Of a DNA stretch of 64,000 bases, positions 39,173-51,000 are shown piece by piece (position 1 is the stretch's first letter; each line of letters begins with the position of its first letter). The position numbers were made by a program, and so were the translations under genes. The stretch comes from Bacteroidota bacterium. GTDB taxonomy: Bacteria > Bacteroidota > Bacteroidia > AKYH767-A > OLB10. The stretch is from positions 11,791 through 75,790 of the forward strand of contig JAFDWZ010000002.1 in assembly GCA_018268195.1 (NCBI GenBank), written 5' to 3'. The notes below the pieces were generated by a model, which saw nothing but the letters and a program-made list of their open reading frames with translations, was not told the origin of the DNA and did no database searches.

Positions 39173-39180
39173 TAAATTTG
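39173..39180 (+). promoter_or_regulatory. -7 promoter box (TAAATTTG) upstream of hmgA
   Basis: Exact match to TAnnTTTG, 22 nt upstream of the ATG at 39202. Confidence 0.45.
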
Positions 39181-39201
39181 TACGTTAATTAATATTATAG
39201 C

Positions 39202-40365
39202 ATGTCGCATTATCATACATTAGGGAAAATACCTCACAAACGTCATACCCAGATGCGCAAACCCGATGGCAGCCTTTATGCCGAAGAGTTGTTTTCAACG
39301 CATGGGTTCAGCAATGTGTATTCATTAATTTATCATTGTCATCCACCCACAATGATAAAGAGTGCAGGTGAACCTTTTTCGCGTGAACCAAAAATAGCAA
39401 TGAAGCGATCCTTGCTGCATCAGAGTTTTCAGGGTTTTAAAGTAGAGCCTGAAGATGATTATATAAAAAGTAAAAAGCCTGTGCTGGTGAATAACGATTT
39501 GCATATTTCGCTTGCCGCACCACGTAAGTCAACTACTGAATATTTTTTAAAAAATGCCGATGCTGATGAGCTGATATTCATCCATGAAGGTAGTGGAACT
39601 TTTTACTCCATTTACGGAAGTATGGAATTTCGTTATGGCGATTATATTGTTATTCCAAGAGGAACTATTTTTCAACTGCACTTCAATACACCTGAAAACA
39701 GATTGCTCGTGGTAGATTCATTCAGTGCCATTCAAACACCAAAACGTTATCGCAATGAGTTTGGACAGTTTGAGGAACACAGCCCTTACTGCGAACGTGA
39801 TTTCCGTAAACCTCAGAATCTGGTAACACATGATGAAAGTGGCGAGTTTCTGGTAATGATTAAAAAGGAAAATATTGTTTATCCTTTTGTTTATGCCACA
39901 CATCCCTTCGATGCCATAGGGTGGGACGGATTTTGCTATCCTTATATTTTTTCTATTCACGATTTTGAACCTATTACAGGCAGAATACATTTGCCGCCAC
40001 CTATACATCAAACTTTCGAAGGACATAATTTTGTTGTTTGCTCTTTTGTGCCGCGTATGTACGATTATCATCCGTTATCAATACCGGTTCCTTATAACCA
40101 TTCCAACATTGATTCGGATGAGGTGCTCTATTATGTTGATGGCAATTTCATGAGTCGAAAAAATGTGAGTAAAGGACAGATAACATTACATCCCGGTGGA
40201 ATTCCTCATGGTCCGCATCCGGGGTTGGTAGAAAAATCATTAGGAGCAAAAGAAACCAAGGAACTTGCCGTGATGGTTGACACGTTCAAGCCATTGTGGC
40301 TTACTGAAGAAGCCTTAAGAATAATGATCCCTGATTATTATAAATCATGGATTGAGCATGGATAA
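39202..40365 (+). CDS. hmgA: Homogentisate 1,2-dioxygenase
   Basis: 387 aa. The N-terminus MSHYHTLGKIPHKRHTQMRKPDGSLYAEELF and the cupin core are typical of the Bacteroidota HGD family. Confidence 0.85.
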   Translation: MSHYHTLGKIPHKRHTQMRKPDGSLYAEELFSTHGFSNVYSLIYHCHPPTMIKSAGEPFSREPKIAMKRSLLHQSFQGFKVEPEDDYIKSKKPVLVNNDLHISLAAPRKSTTEYFLKNADADELIFIHEGSGTFYSIYGSMEFRYGDYIVIPRGTIFQLHFNTPENRLLVVDSFSAIQTPKRYRNEFGQFEEHSPYCERDFRKPQNLVTHDESGEFLVMIKKENIVYPFVYATHPFDAIGWDGFCYPYIFSIHDFEPITGRIHLPPPIHQTFEGHNFVVCSFVPRMYDYHPLSIPVPYNHSNIDSDEVLYYVDGNFMSRKNVSKGQITLHPGGIPHGPHPGLVEKSLGAKETKELAVMVDTFKPLWLTEEALRIMIPDYYKSWIEHG

Positions 40366-40411
40366 TAAATTTAAATCGAAATATACTAAAATAAACTAAA
40401 ATAAATAACAA

Positions 40412-41509
40412 ATGAAACACCTTTACATTATTGCAGCGCTAAGCTTTTCATCTATGGGAACTATGGCGCAAATTACACTTACGGATAATGATTTTGCCTC
40501 TGCAGGCAGTAATATTGTAGTAAGCCATGCAGACGTAAACTCAACAGTTGACTTCACCACAACAGGTGCCGGTCAAACATGGGATTTCAGTTCTCTCGTT
40601 CCACAAAGTCAGGATACTTCTTCCTTTTTGTCTGTTAACAGCACCGGAAATATTTACTCACTTTTTTTCGTAAATAGTGGGTTCAACAGCAACCGCGCCA
40701 ATATTGCACGTGCCGAAGGAAATATTCCTACAATTCCAAATTTACCTATTACACTGAGCGATCCTTTTAGTTTTTATTATAAAAGTTCTAATGACTACCG
40801 CCAGCAGGGATTAGGTATTACCATCAGCGGCATTCAAACTCCAATTTCTTATTCTAGTAAGGATGTTGTTTATACTTTTCCTATGAATTTTAATAATGCC
40901 GACTCTTGTAATGCAGCGTGGAGTTTTTCCATTCCAAATCTTGGCTACTACGGATTTTCTCAGAAGCGTGTGAATCATGTGGATGGATGGGGTACCCTGA
41001 TAACACCTTACGGAACTTTCAATGCACTTCGTATGCGCACAGTGCTTGCTGCACATGACTCTTTGTATGCCGACACTTTAGGATTTGGTTATGGCATGGA
41101 CCGTGATAAGGTTGTCGAGTATAAATGGTTTGGACAGAATCAACTTATACCTTTGTTGCAGATTACAACTATGGATATGTTGGGCATAGAAGTAGTGACA
41201 GGAATTGCTTACCGTGATTCAGTTCGTGCCAATGTTGGTATTAATCAACTGTCGTTGAACACCGATGTGCAGATAGCTCCAAATCCTGCAAAAAATTATT
41301 TTAATTTTCAGGTAACTACAGATAAGGCTCAACAGATTCATCTGATTTTGACCAATGCACAAGGTGCTACTGTTTACAAAGAAGTGATGAATGTTGTTCC
41401 GGGGAATAATCTTAAACGCATATCCACACAAAATCTCGCATCAGGAGTTTACACTCTGTCGGCAACTTCCGAAACAGGTAATGCTGTGCGAAAAATAATT
41501 ATTGAATAA
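40412..41509 (+). CDS. Secreted protein with a T9SS C-terminal sorting domain (cargo)
   Basis: Signal peptide and the C-terminus VQIAPNPAKNYFNFQV...GVYTLSATSETGNAVRKIIIE. Confidence 0.8.
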   Translation: MKHLYIIAALSFSSMGTMAQITLTDNDFASAGSNIVVSHADVNSTVDFTTTGAGQTWDFSSLVPQSQDTSSFLSVNSTGNIYSLFFVNSGFNSNRANIARAEGNIPTIPNLPITLSDPFSFYYKSSNDYRQQGLGITISGIQTPISYSSKDVVYTFPMNFNNADSCNAAWSFSIPNLGYYGFSQKRVNHVDGWGTLITPYGTFNALRMRTVLAAHDSLYADTLGFGYGMDRDKVVEYKWFGQNQLIPLLQITTMDMLGIEVVTGIAYRDSVRANVGINQLSLNTDVQIAPNPAKNYFNFQVTTDKAQQIHLILTNAQGATVYKEVMNVVPGNNLKRISTQNLASGVYTLSATSETGNAVRKIIIE

Positions 41510-41531
41510 ACGAGATTTCAATCATTTCAGA

Positions 41532-41570
41532 AGAGTAGTTGCGCAACCTGTGTAACTACTCTTTTTGTTT
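41532..41570 (+). terminator. Rho-independent terminator after the second cargo gene
   Basis: AGAGTAGTT-(13-nt loop)-AACTACTCT followed by TTTTTGTTTT. Confidence 0.7.
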
Positions 41571-41782
41571 TATGGTAAGAAGAATTTGTCGGTGATGTAT
41601 TATCGTATGATTAAAATCATCAGATTGAATAAAATATGATTTTTTAAAACGATGTCATTGATTGAGGTAGTCAAAGTCTGATACGATTGTTATAATCAAG
41701 TAATCATGGATGAAATCCATTTCAGCTATCAAATGCAGTGACATGATAAATTATTAATTTAGCAGGCTTAATTTTTAAAAAT

Positions 41783-44041
41783 ATGGGAGCTAAACAAGAA
41801 GCACTCGACTACCATTCATCAGGACGACCCGGAAAAATTGAAGTTATTCCTTGCAAGCCTTACAGTTCGCAACGCGATTTGTCTCTGGCTTATTCGCCCG
41901 GAGTAGCTGAGCCATGCCTTGAGATTGAAAAAGAGGTTGACAACGTTTATAAATATACCGCTAAAGGAAATCTTGTAGCTGTAATTTCAAATGGAACAGC
42001 TGTATTGGGGTTAGGTAACATTGGCCCTGAAGCTTCAAAACCGGTGATGGAAGGTAAAGGTTTGCTCTTTAAAATTTTTGCGGATATTGATGTATTCGAC
42101 ATTGAGATAAACCAAACCAATGTAGATGATTTTGTAAAAACAGTAAAGGCAATATCTCCAACTTTCGGAGGCATTAATCTGGAAGATATTAAAGCACCTG
42201 AATGTTTTGAAATAGAAAAACGTCTCAAGGAAGAATTAAAAATTCCGGTGATGCACGATGACCAACATGGTACTGCCATCATCAGCGGTGCTGCATTAAT
42301 CAATGCATTGGAACTGGTAAACAAAAAAATTGATAAAGTAAGAATTGTAGTCAATGGAGCAGGAGCTTCGGCAATATCATGTACCAAATTGTTTGTATCA
42401 CTCGGTGCCAACAAGAAAAATATTGTGATGCTCGACAGTTCAGGAGTGATAACCTCCGACCGCGAAAATCTTGACGCCAATAAAAGTGAATTTGCTACCA
42501 CACGTAAAATAAACACACTGGAGCAAGCTATTAAAGATGCTGATGTGTTTATTGGTTTGAGCAAAGGCAATATTCTCAATGCTGCCATGCTGCAGTCTAT
42601 GGCTGACAATCCTGTGGTGTTTGCCATGGCAAATCCTGACCCTGAAATAACTTATACGGATGCGAAAAATGCACGTCAGGATGTGATTATGGCAACAGGC
42701 AGGAGCGATTTTCCTAATCAGGTGAATAATGTAATTGGTTTTCCGTTTATTTTCAGAGGGGCATTAGATGTGAGAGCAACAAAAATTAATGAAGAGATGA
42801 AACTGGCAGCGGTGCATGCTATTGCACAACTGGCACGTCAACCTGTTCCCGAAATGGTGAACCTTGCTTACAATACTAAAAATCTTCAATTCGGTCCGGA
42901 ATATATTATACCCAAACCTCTTGACCCGCGATTGATTTATACGGTAGCTCCTGCTGTTGCTCGTGCTGCAATGGAGTCAGGTGTGGCGCAAGTAAAGATT
43001 ACCAACTGGGAGCGCTATGTGGAAGATTTAAAGAAACGACTTAACCTCGATAATAAACTTATTCGTGCTATTGTTACCCGAGCCAAGCAAAATCCGCAAC
43101 GCGTAGTGTTTGCCGAAGCTGATAATTATAAAATCCTGAAAGCAGCACAGCAAGTTAAAGAAGAAGGCATTGCAAAACCTATATTGTTGGGTAATAAGGA
43201 ACGCATTGCACAGATTGTACAGGAAAACCATATCAATATTGACGACATTCCTATCATTGACCCACGTACCGATCAGGATCATCTCAACACTTTCAGCCAG
43301 TTGTTTTTTGAAAAAGCCAATCGCAGAGGTTTTTCGGCTTACGAATCAAGAAAGGTTATGCGCGAGCGAAATTTTTATGGAGCCATGATGGTTGAAACAG
43401 GACAGGCTGATGCACTCATCTCCGGACTTACGCGCAATTATGCTGACACCATTCGCCCTGCATTGCGCATAATAGGTGTGCAGGAGCACGGAACTAGAGT
43501 AGCAGGTATGTACATTATGATTACCAAAAAAGGTCCGTTGTTTTTTGCAGATACCACCATCAATGTTAATCCCACCACAGAAGATCTGGTAGAAATAACG
43601 CTGCTTACTGCCAAAGCAGTTCAACAGTTTAATATCAAGCCTCGAATATCATTGCTGTCGTTTTCAAATTTCGGCACGTCTAACGACCCTTCAGCTATTA
43701 AGGTTCGAAAGGCTGTGGAACTACTTCATCAAAAATTTCCTGGTATGGTAGTGGATGGTGAGATGCAAGCCAACTTTGCACTCAATATGCAGTTGCTGCA
43801 TGATAATTATCCTTTCTGTGAATTGATTGAGGGTGGAGTGAATACGCTGATATTTCCGAATCTTGATGCTGGTAACATTGCCTACAAGCTCTTGCAATCC
43901 ATGGAAGCTGCCGAGGCAATTGGACCTGTGTTGTTAGGAATGAAAAAACCTGTTCACGTCTTACAACTTGGCAGCAGTGTGCGCGATATTGTAAACATGG
44001 TTACCATTGCTGTTATTGACGCGCAAAGCCGTAAACAATAG
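41783..44041 (+). CDS. maeB: NADP-dependent malic enzyme (malic enzyme plus PTA-like domain)
   Basis: 752 aa. N-terminal malic-enzyme domain (GKIEVIPCKP...LSLAYSPGVA), NAD(P)-binding VVNGAGASAISC, and a C-terminal phosphate-acetyltransferase-like domain. Confidence 0.95.
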   Translation: MGAKQEALDYHSSGRPGKIEVIPCKPYSSQRDLSLAYSPGVAEPCLEIEKEVDNVYKYTAKGNLVAVISNGTAVLGLGNIGPEASKPVMEGKGLLFKIFADIDVFDIEINQTNVDDFVKTVKAISPTFGGINLEDIKAPECFEIEKRLKEELKIPVMHDDQHGTAIISGAALINALELVNKKIDKVRIVVNGAGASAISCTKLFVSLGANKKNIVMLDSSGVITSDRENLDANKSEFATTRKINTLEQAIKDADVFIGLSKGNILNAAMLQSMADNPVVFAMANPDPEITYTDAKNARQDVIMATGRSDFPNQVNNVIGFPFIFRGALDVRATKINEEMKLAAVHAIAQLARQPVPEMVNLAYNTKNLQFGPEYIIPKPLDPRLIYTVAPAVARAAMESGVAQVKITNWERYVEDLKKRLNLDNKLIRAIVTRAKQNPQRVVFAEADNYKILKAAQQVKEEGIAKPILLGNKERIAQIVQENHINIDDIPIIDPRTDQDHLNTFSQLFFEKANRRGFSAYESRKVMRERNFYGAMMVETGQADALISGLTRNYADTIRPALRIIGVQEHGTRVAGMYIMITKKGPLFFADTTINVNPTTEDLVEITLLTAKAVQQFNIKPRISLLSFSNFGTSNDPSAIKVRKAVELLHQKFPGMVVDGEMQANFALNMQLLHDNYPFCELIEGGVNTLIFPNLDAGNIAYKLLQSMEAAEAIGPVLLGMKKPVHVLQLGSSVRDIVNMVTIAVIDAQSRKQ

Positions 44042-44327
44042 GAGTGTTGAATTTATTTTCCGATTGATTTTTATAGTTTGATTTTCGTATTTAAAAGTTA
44101 AATCTCTAACACCCGGCAGGTTATCGAAGATTCCTGCTGGGTTGCAATTGGAGTCGAATATAAAAAACACCAGCGCGCCTGCGCCCTTTAGGGCTACGGG
44201 TGTGCAAAGGCCAATGTAGTATCTCTAAAAAAATAACTCCACCATTTATGGCGGAGAGTTATGTGCAATAGCTCAGCAGGGCTTTGGTGATTAAATCTGC
44301 ATAATATTTTCCTCAGCTTTCATTCAC

Positions 44328-44335
44328 TACATTTG
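44328..44335 (+). promoter_or_regulatory. -7 promoter box (TACATTTG) upstream of ruvA
   Basis: Exact match to TAnnTTTG, 21 nt upstream of the ATG at 44356. Confidence 0.45.
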
Positions 44336-44355
44336 CGCGATTACAGAAAAAAGTC

Positions 44356-44937
44356 ATGTACGATTATATTTCAGGAAATATTACATTTAAATCGGCAACC
44401 TATATAGTGGTAGATGCCGGAGGTGTGGGCTATCAGTTAAACATATCCTTGCAAACCTACACCCGCCTCAAAGATGAAACATCTGCAAAAGTTTTCACGC
44501 ATCTTGCAATTAAAGAGGATGCACATGTATTATATGGTTTTGCTGATGAGGAAGAACGAATTCTTTTCCGCCATCTTATATCCGTTTCGGGTGTAGGTAC
44601 CGGCACTGCGCGTATGATGCTTTCGTCAATGACAGCTGTTGAACTTCATCAGGCTATTACAACAGGGCAGGTGGCAGCTATTAAACGAATAAAAGGCATT
44701 GGCGACAAAACTGCTCAACGTATAATTATTGACCTGAAAGATAAATTGGGTAAGTCGGAAATGACAACAATAATTTCTTCATCAAGCAATACAGCCAGAG
44801 ATGAAGCGTTAAGTGCATTGCTTGCATTGGGATTCAACCGTAGTGCTGCTGATAAAGAACTTCATAAAGTTATTAATCACAGCAGCCAGCCACTTACGGT
44901 AGAAGAGCTGATAAAGGCAGCTTTAAAAAATTTATAA
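44356..44937 (+). CDS. ruvA: Holliday junction branch-migration complex subunit RuvA
   Basis: MYDYISGNI...VVDAGGVGYQLNIS, with HhH motifs ISVSGVGTGTARMMLS and IKGIGDKTAQRII. Confidence 0.95.
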   Translation: MYDYISGNITFKSATYIVVDAGGVGYQLNISLQTYTRLKDETSAKVFTHLAIKEDAHVLYGFADEEERILFRHLISVSGVGTGTARMMLSSMTAVELHQAITTGQVAAIKRIKGIGDKTAQRIIIDLKDKLGKSEMTTIISSSSNTARDEALSALLALGFNRSAADKELHKVINHSSQPLTVEELIKAALKNL

Positions 44938-45082
44938 CTTACTTAAACCGATTTTTTTAACAATTGGAATGCTCAAAATTATGTATATAACTACTGTTTC
45001 AAGACCACTGTTGGTTTAACTAAAAGTTATATTTTTAGCCGGAAATTTTTTTGAGATATAGTTCCCTAAAAAAGAGAATAAT

Positions 45083-48000
45083 TTGCCAGGATCAAAGTTT
45101 TTAAGATATTCAGCACTGAGTTTGTTTGCCTTCCCATTGGTGTATGTAAATGGAGGCAGCAGCCCATCATCTATTTCTGATTTCAGCGATACACAAGGCG
45201 CTATCACTATACCTATGCCCCCCGATAGTCCTGTGGCTCCCTTGCCTTACCCTTTTAACGATCGCCTTACCGACCCTTATTCCAATCCTTACGACCACAG
45301 TCCGTTATTCGGAACAACGCCTTCCAATATCAACACTTCTGTTGATTATAACCCCGATACCAGAGAATACGATATCAACGAAAAAGTAGGAGATGAGTTT
45401 TACCGCAATCCTTCCTACATGACCTTTGAAGAGTTTAAAGAAGATCAGTTTAAAAAAACTACTAACAAATACTGGAAGGAAAGGGCCGATGGCGAAGATG
45501 TGATTGCGCGCAAGCCACTCATTCCTAAAATATATGTGGCCGGTGAAGCTTTCGACCGAATTTTTGGAGGAAACACAATTGACATACGTCCGCAGGGTTC
45601 TGCTGAGTTAACATTTGGAGTAAATATCAATCGTACCGATAACCCACAGATTCCTGAAAAACAACGCAGGCTTACTTCATTTGATTTCAATGAAAAAATT
45701 CAGATGAATGTGATTGGCAACATTGGCGAGAAAATGAAACTGAGCGTGAATTACAATACCGAAGCCAGTTTTGACTTTGAGAACCAAATGAAGCTTGAAT
45801 ATACCGGTAATGAAGATGAGATTATCCGAAAAATAGAAGCCGGAAATGTTACACTTCCGCTCACAGGAACCTTGATAAAAGGAAGCCAGAGTTTGTTTGG
45901 TATAAAAACTCAGTTGCAGTTTGGCCGATTGGGTGTAACGTCTATTTTCTCACAACAGAAAGGGCAGGCAAGTACTATTGATGTGCCTCCCGGTGGTGGA
46001 CAAATCACCAACTTTGATATACCGGGTGATCAATACGAAGCAAACCGCCACTTTTTTATCTCACAATATTTTCGTGAACATTATGACCAGGCAGTAAGTC
46101 AGTTGCCAACCATAATGTCGCCCATTACCATCAACAAAATTGAAGTGTGGATTACACAGGTGAATTTTAACTCGCAGGATCAAACACGCAACCTGGTGGC
46201 CATGCAGGATTTAGGTGAGTATAATGCGTATGCGTCCAATTTTGTGGGGCAGGGAACCTCTGTTTACCCTTCTGATGAGTTGTCAAATAACCTTTATAAT
46301 AAACTTACAACTACTTACAGCGGTATTCGCGATTTTCAAAATGCTTCAGCCATTCTCGACCCGTTGGCATCCATTTATAATTTCTCGCCACAGCAGGATT
46401 ATGAGTTAATTACCAATGCTAAAAAACTAAGCTCCAGCGATTATACTTTTAACGAAAGACTGGGTTTTATCTCACTTAACTCCGAGTTGCGAAATGATCA
46501 GGCACTGGCAGTGGCATTTGAATATACCATGAATGGAAAAGTGTACAGAGTAGGGGAGTTGACAACATCCGGTATTGACCCTTCAAAACCTTTGATTGTA
46601 AAACTTATCAGAGGCAGAAACTTCAACACCGCTTTGCCATCATGGAAACTGATGATGAAAAACGTATATAACCTGAATGCTTTTCAGATTTCAAAAGATA
46701 AATTCAGATTAGATATTTTATATTTTGATAACTCAGCAGGAAGTTATGTACGCCAACTTGCCGAACCTAACGAACCTAATATTGCCAATAAAAGTCTTAT
46801 CAGAATTTTGAATGCCGACAACCTGAATACTTCCGGTGATGCAACACCTTATGGCGATGGTATTTTTGATTATGTAGAGGGAATTACCGTCAACAGTCAA
46901 ACGGGAAGGATCATTCTGCCCTCGGTAGAACCTTTTGGCCGTTATCTCGAATCGAAATTTCAGAGTTCAGCGACTGCGTCAAAATATGTGTTCAAGGAAT
47001 TGTATGATTCTACCAAGACCATTGCACTTGCACAGGGTAAAAATAAATTTAAGCTCAAAGGTTCTTACCAAAGTGCTTCGGGTTCTGAAATATCACTTAA
47101 TGCAGTTAATATCCCGCAAGGGTCGGTAAAAGTAACTGCCGGTGGTACCGAACTGGTAGAAAATCAGGATTACACGGTTGATTATAATCTGGGTCGTGTG
47201 AAAATCATCAACACATCGGTTCTCAATTCGGCTACACCTATAAAAGTGTCTTTGGAGAGCAACTCTTTATTCTCTATACAGTCGAAGACTTTAATGGGGT
47301 CACGTTTTGATTATAAAATAAGTAAAGATTTTGCCATTGGCGGAACCATACTTCACCTCAATGAGCGACCAATAACCCGAAAGGTAAATATTGGTGATGA
47401 ACCAATATCCAACACCATGCTTGGTTTTGACGGAACGTATCGTACCAAATCACGCTTCATTACCAAAATGGTTGACAAACTTCCATTTATCAATACCAAG
47501 GAAGTGTCATCAGTATCACTCAATGGAGAGTTTGCATATCTGATTCCCGGCCACAGCAAGGCAATAGGAAAAAAAGGAAATGCCTATATTGACAATTTTG
47601 AAGGAACACAAAGCACCATTCCATTAAATATTGCAGGGCAATGGACACTTGCATCCGTACCAAGATTTCAATCTACTTTATTCCCCGAGTTTGATTATGT
47701 AACATCAAGTCATGATACATTAGGATATGGTTACAACCGTGCAAAAATGGCATGGTATAATGTGGACCCGACTGCATTTTACAGAAGCAACAGCACCGTT
47801 TCATTGTCTGCTGCTGAAAGAAGTAACCACAACGTAAGACAAATCAGTGAAAAGGAATTATTCCCCAAGCGTCAGTATAATAATGGTATTATCCCTTATG
47901 TAAATACATTCGACATTGCATTTTATCCTGATGAACGCGGACCTTATAATTACGAAACTTCAGCACGTCCAGGGTTTTCTTCAGGTATTAATGCCGATGG

Positions 48001-51000
48001 AAAATTAGTGAATCCGCAATCCAGATGGGGTGGTTTTATGCGAAAGGTAGAAACCAGCAACTTTGAAGAGTCCAATATTCAGTACATTCAGTTTTGGTTG
48101 ATGAATCCTTTCAATGGTGACTCACCTGACACAAGTCTGGGAAATACGGGAACGCTTTATTTCAATTTGGGTGATGTATCAGAAGATGTTTTGCGTGATG
48201 GATATGAGAGTTATGAAAATGGATTGCCAACAACTACCACTCCGGGCGCTTATCGTGAAAATGCTTGGGGTCGCACTCCTGTAGCTCAAAATGTACTCTA
48301 TGCATTTGATCGCGATGAATCCACGCGTAAACAACAGGATGTAGGGTTGGATGGATTAGGTAATGATGACGAAAGAACTCATTTTGCAAGTAATTTTCTG
48401 GATTACATCAATGCCAATGTTACCAATCAGGCAGTAAAAGATGCACTTAATAACGATCCATCATCTGACGATTTCAATTATTTCAGAGGGGATAACTATA
48501 CCGGCAATGATGGTATTCTTGTGAGATATAAAAATTTCAATGGTACGGAAAACAATTCACCGGTAGCAGGAAGCGGAACCTATGTGCCCTCAAGCACACA
48601 GACTCCTGATGCAGAAGATTGTAACCGAATAAATGGAATGGAGGTAGATGAAAACTATTTCCAGTATAAAGTGGACATAGATCCTGCAAAACTTACCGTA
48701 GGGCAAAACTATGTGGCCGATGTAATGGAAAATGTACCCGCACTCAATTTACCTGACGGGTCAGGAAAAACGATTACATGGTATCTTATCAAAATTCCTG
48801 TTAACGATAACAACCGCGAACGTTTTGGCCAGATATCGGATTTAAAGTCTGTGAAATTTATTCGTGTGTTTGCAAAAGGTTTTTCCAGCCCGGTAGTAAT
48901 GCGACTAGCAAATTTTGAATTTTTGAGAGGAGAATGGAGAAAATATGACTACAATCTTACCGGAATCACCACCCCGCCTGCTGTATTTGATTTAGGGGCA
49001 GTTTCATTAGAAGAAAATTCCAACCGCGATCCTATCAACTATGTATTGCCTCCTGATTTTGAAAGAGAGATTGATATTACCTCCACCAATCAGCGACAAC
49101 TCAATGAGCAATCCCTTTCACTTAAAGTATGTGCTCTTGGTGATGGCGATCTTAAAGTGTGTTATAAGAACTCCAACCTTGATATGCGCAATTATAAGCA
49201 TGTGAAAATGGTGATTCATGCTGAGTCGTTTTTACCTCCTGCAGCTCCTACCAAAGATGGTGAGTTATATGCGGTAGTTCGTTTAGGTTCCGACTTTACC
49301 GACAATTATTACGACTATCGTATTCCATTAAAAATAACGCCATTTTACACTACCGACCCTCAGCAAATATGGCCTAAGGAAAATGATTTCGATATAGACC
49401 TGAGTAAACTTACCGATGCCAAACTCGAAAGGAACAATGCCGGAGTTGCACTTACAGATGAGTATGCCAAACTTGATGGCAACAATGTGATTTTTATAAA
49501 AGGTAACCCCACACTCAGCGAAGTAAAAGTGATGATGTTGGGAGTATGGAACCCAAGTGGTGAAAATCCAACCTTCCCGCCTCGTCCACCTGATGACGGA
49601 CAACCTAAATGTGCTGAAATATGGTTCAATGAATTCAGAATGTCTGATTTTAACGACAAAGGCGGATGGGCTACAGTAGGGCGTGCACAGATAAAACTTG
49701 CCGACCTGGGTAATGTATCTATCTCAGGAGGACATTCTACGCATGGATTCGGAAGTCTGGAGAGCAAGGTAGGTGAAAGAAGTAAAGAAGATGTTACAAA
49801 TTATGATGTGGCTACTACCCTGGAGTTAGGAAAGTTCTTTCCTACAAGCACCGGACTCACCGTGCCTATGTATTTCGGTTTTGGCGAAGTATTCAGCAAC
49901 CCGCAGTACGACCCACTCGATCCGGATATTGAGTTCAGCAGATCAATCAGTAATATTGATGACTCCCAACGTAAGCAGTCAAGAAAAAAATTCTCCCAGG
50001 ATTATACGCGAAGAAAGAGTTTGAACTTTACTAACGTTAAGAAGAACAAAACAGGTAATAATGCATCTAAATCACGCTTTTATGATGTGGAAAATCTAAA
50101 CTTCACTTATGGTTACACGGAAGTTTACCGAAGAAATATCAATACAGAATATGAAATTCAGAAAGATTATCTGGGAGCAATAGGTTATAACTTTAATACC
50201 AATCCTAAACCCGTAACTCCATTTAAAGGATTGAAGTCGAAATCGAAATATTTGCGTGCAATAAAAGATTTCAATTTTAACTATATGCCATCAACTTTTA
50301 ATTTTAGATGGGATGTAAACAGACATTACGGTGAGTTGAAAGTGCGCGATGTAAATGCATTACTCAATTCGGGAGTATCGGATAATTCTATTCCCATACT
50401 GTATGACAAAAACTTTATGATGAACAGGCAATATGCTACCAGCTGGGATATTACCCGTGCATTAAAGTTTGAATTCAACGCCAACAACCAAAGTAAAATT
50501 GATGAACCGGAAGGGGCGTTAAACTCTTCTGAAAAACGTGATTCTGTACGTAAGAACTTTTTCAACCTCGGACGAAATACAGATTATATGCATAATGTTT
50601 CATTGTCGTATAATCTGCCTTTGAATAAATTTCCGATTACCGATTGGATAAGTGTAAACACCCGTTACAACACAACATATCACTGGACAGCATCACCGCT
50701 TATAGTTAGCCAGTCAACAGGAAAATATTATACCAACCCTGCAATAGGTAATACTATTCAAAACTCGAACACCATTCAGGTAAATAACAGCTTTAATTTT
50801 ACTTCCTTGTATAATAAGTGGAAGTTGTACAAGAAACTTACAGCTCCGCCAAAACCCAAAACTCCAACCAAGAAGGAGGATAAGAAATCGGGTACAGCGG
50901 TAACAGACAGTTTGAAAACAAAACCGGTGAAGCCTCCTGAAAAGAAGAAGGAACAGGAAATCAATCCGGCAATAAAAGCTATTGCCAAAGTGATTTTCAG

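Noticed and set aside
41947-42627. A 226-codon ORF antisense to maeB, the longest unassigned ORF in the track.
   Set aside because: It lies entirely inside a confidently identified maeB domain. Its translation is the Ser/Leu/Ile/Ala-rich low-complexity product typical of the codon-complementary antisense frame. It has no -7 box or independent start context.
45016-45207. A 63-aa minus-strand ORF overlapping the sprA start region.
   Set aside because: It overlaps the SprA signal-peptide coding region, has no promoter box or recognisable motif, and is most simply a chance ORF in the AT-rich ruvA-sprA spacer.
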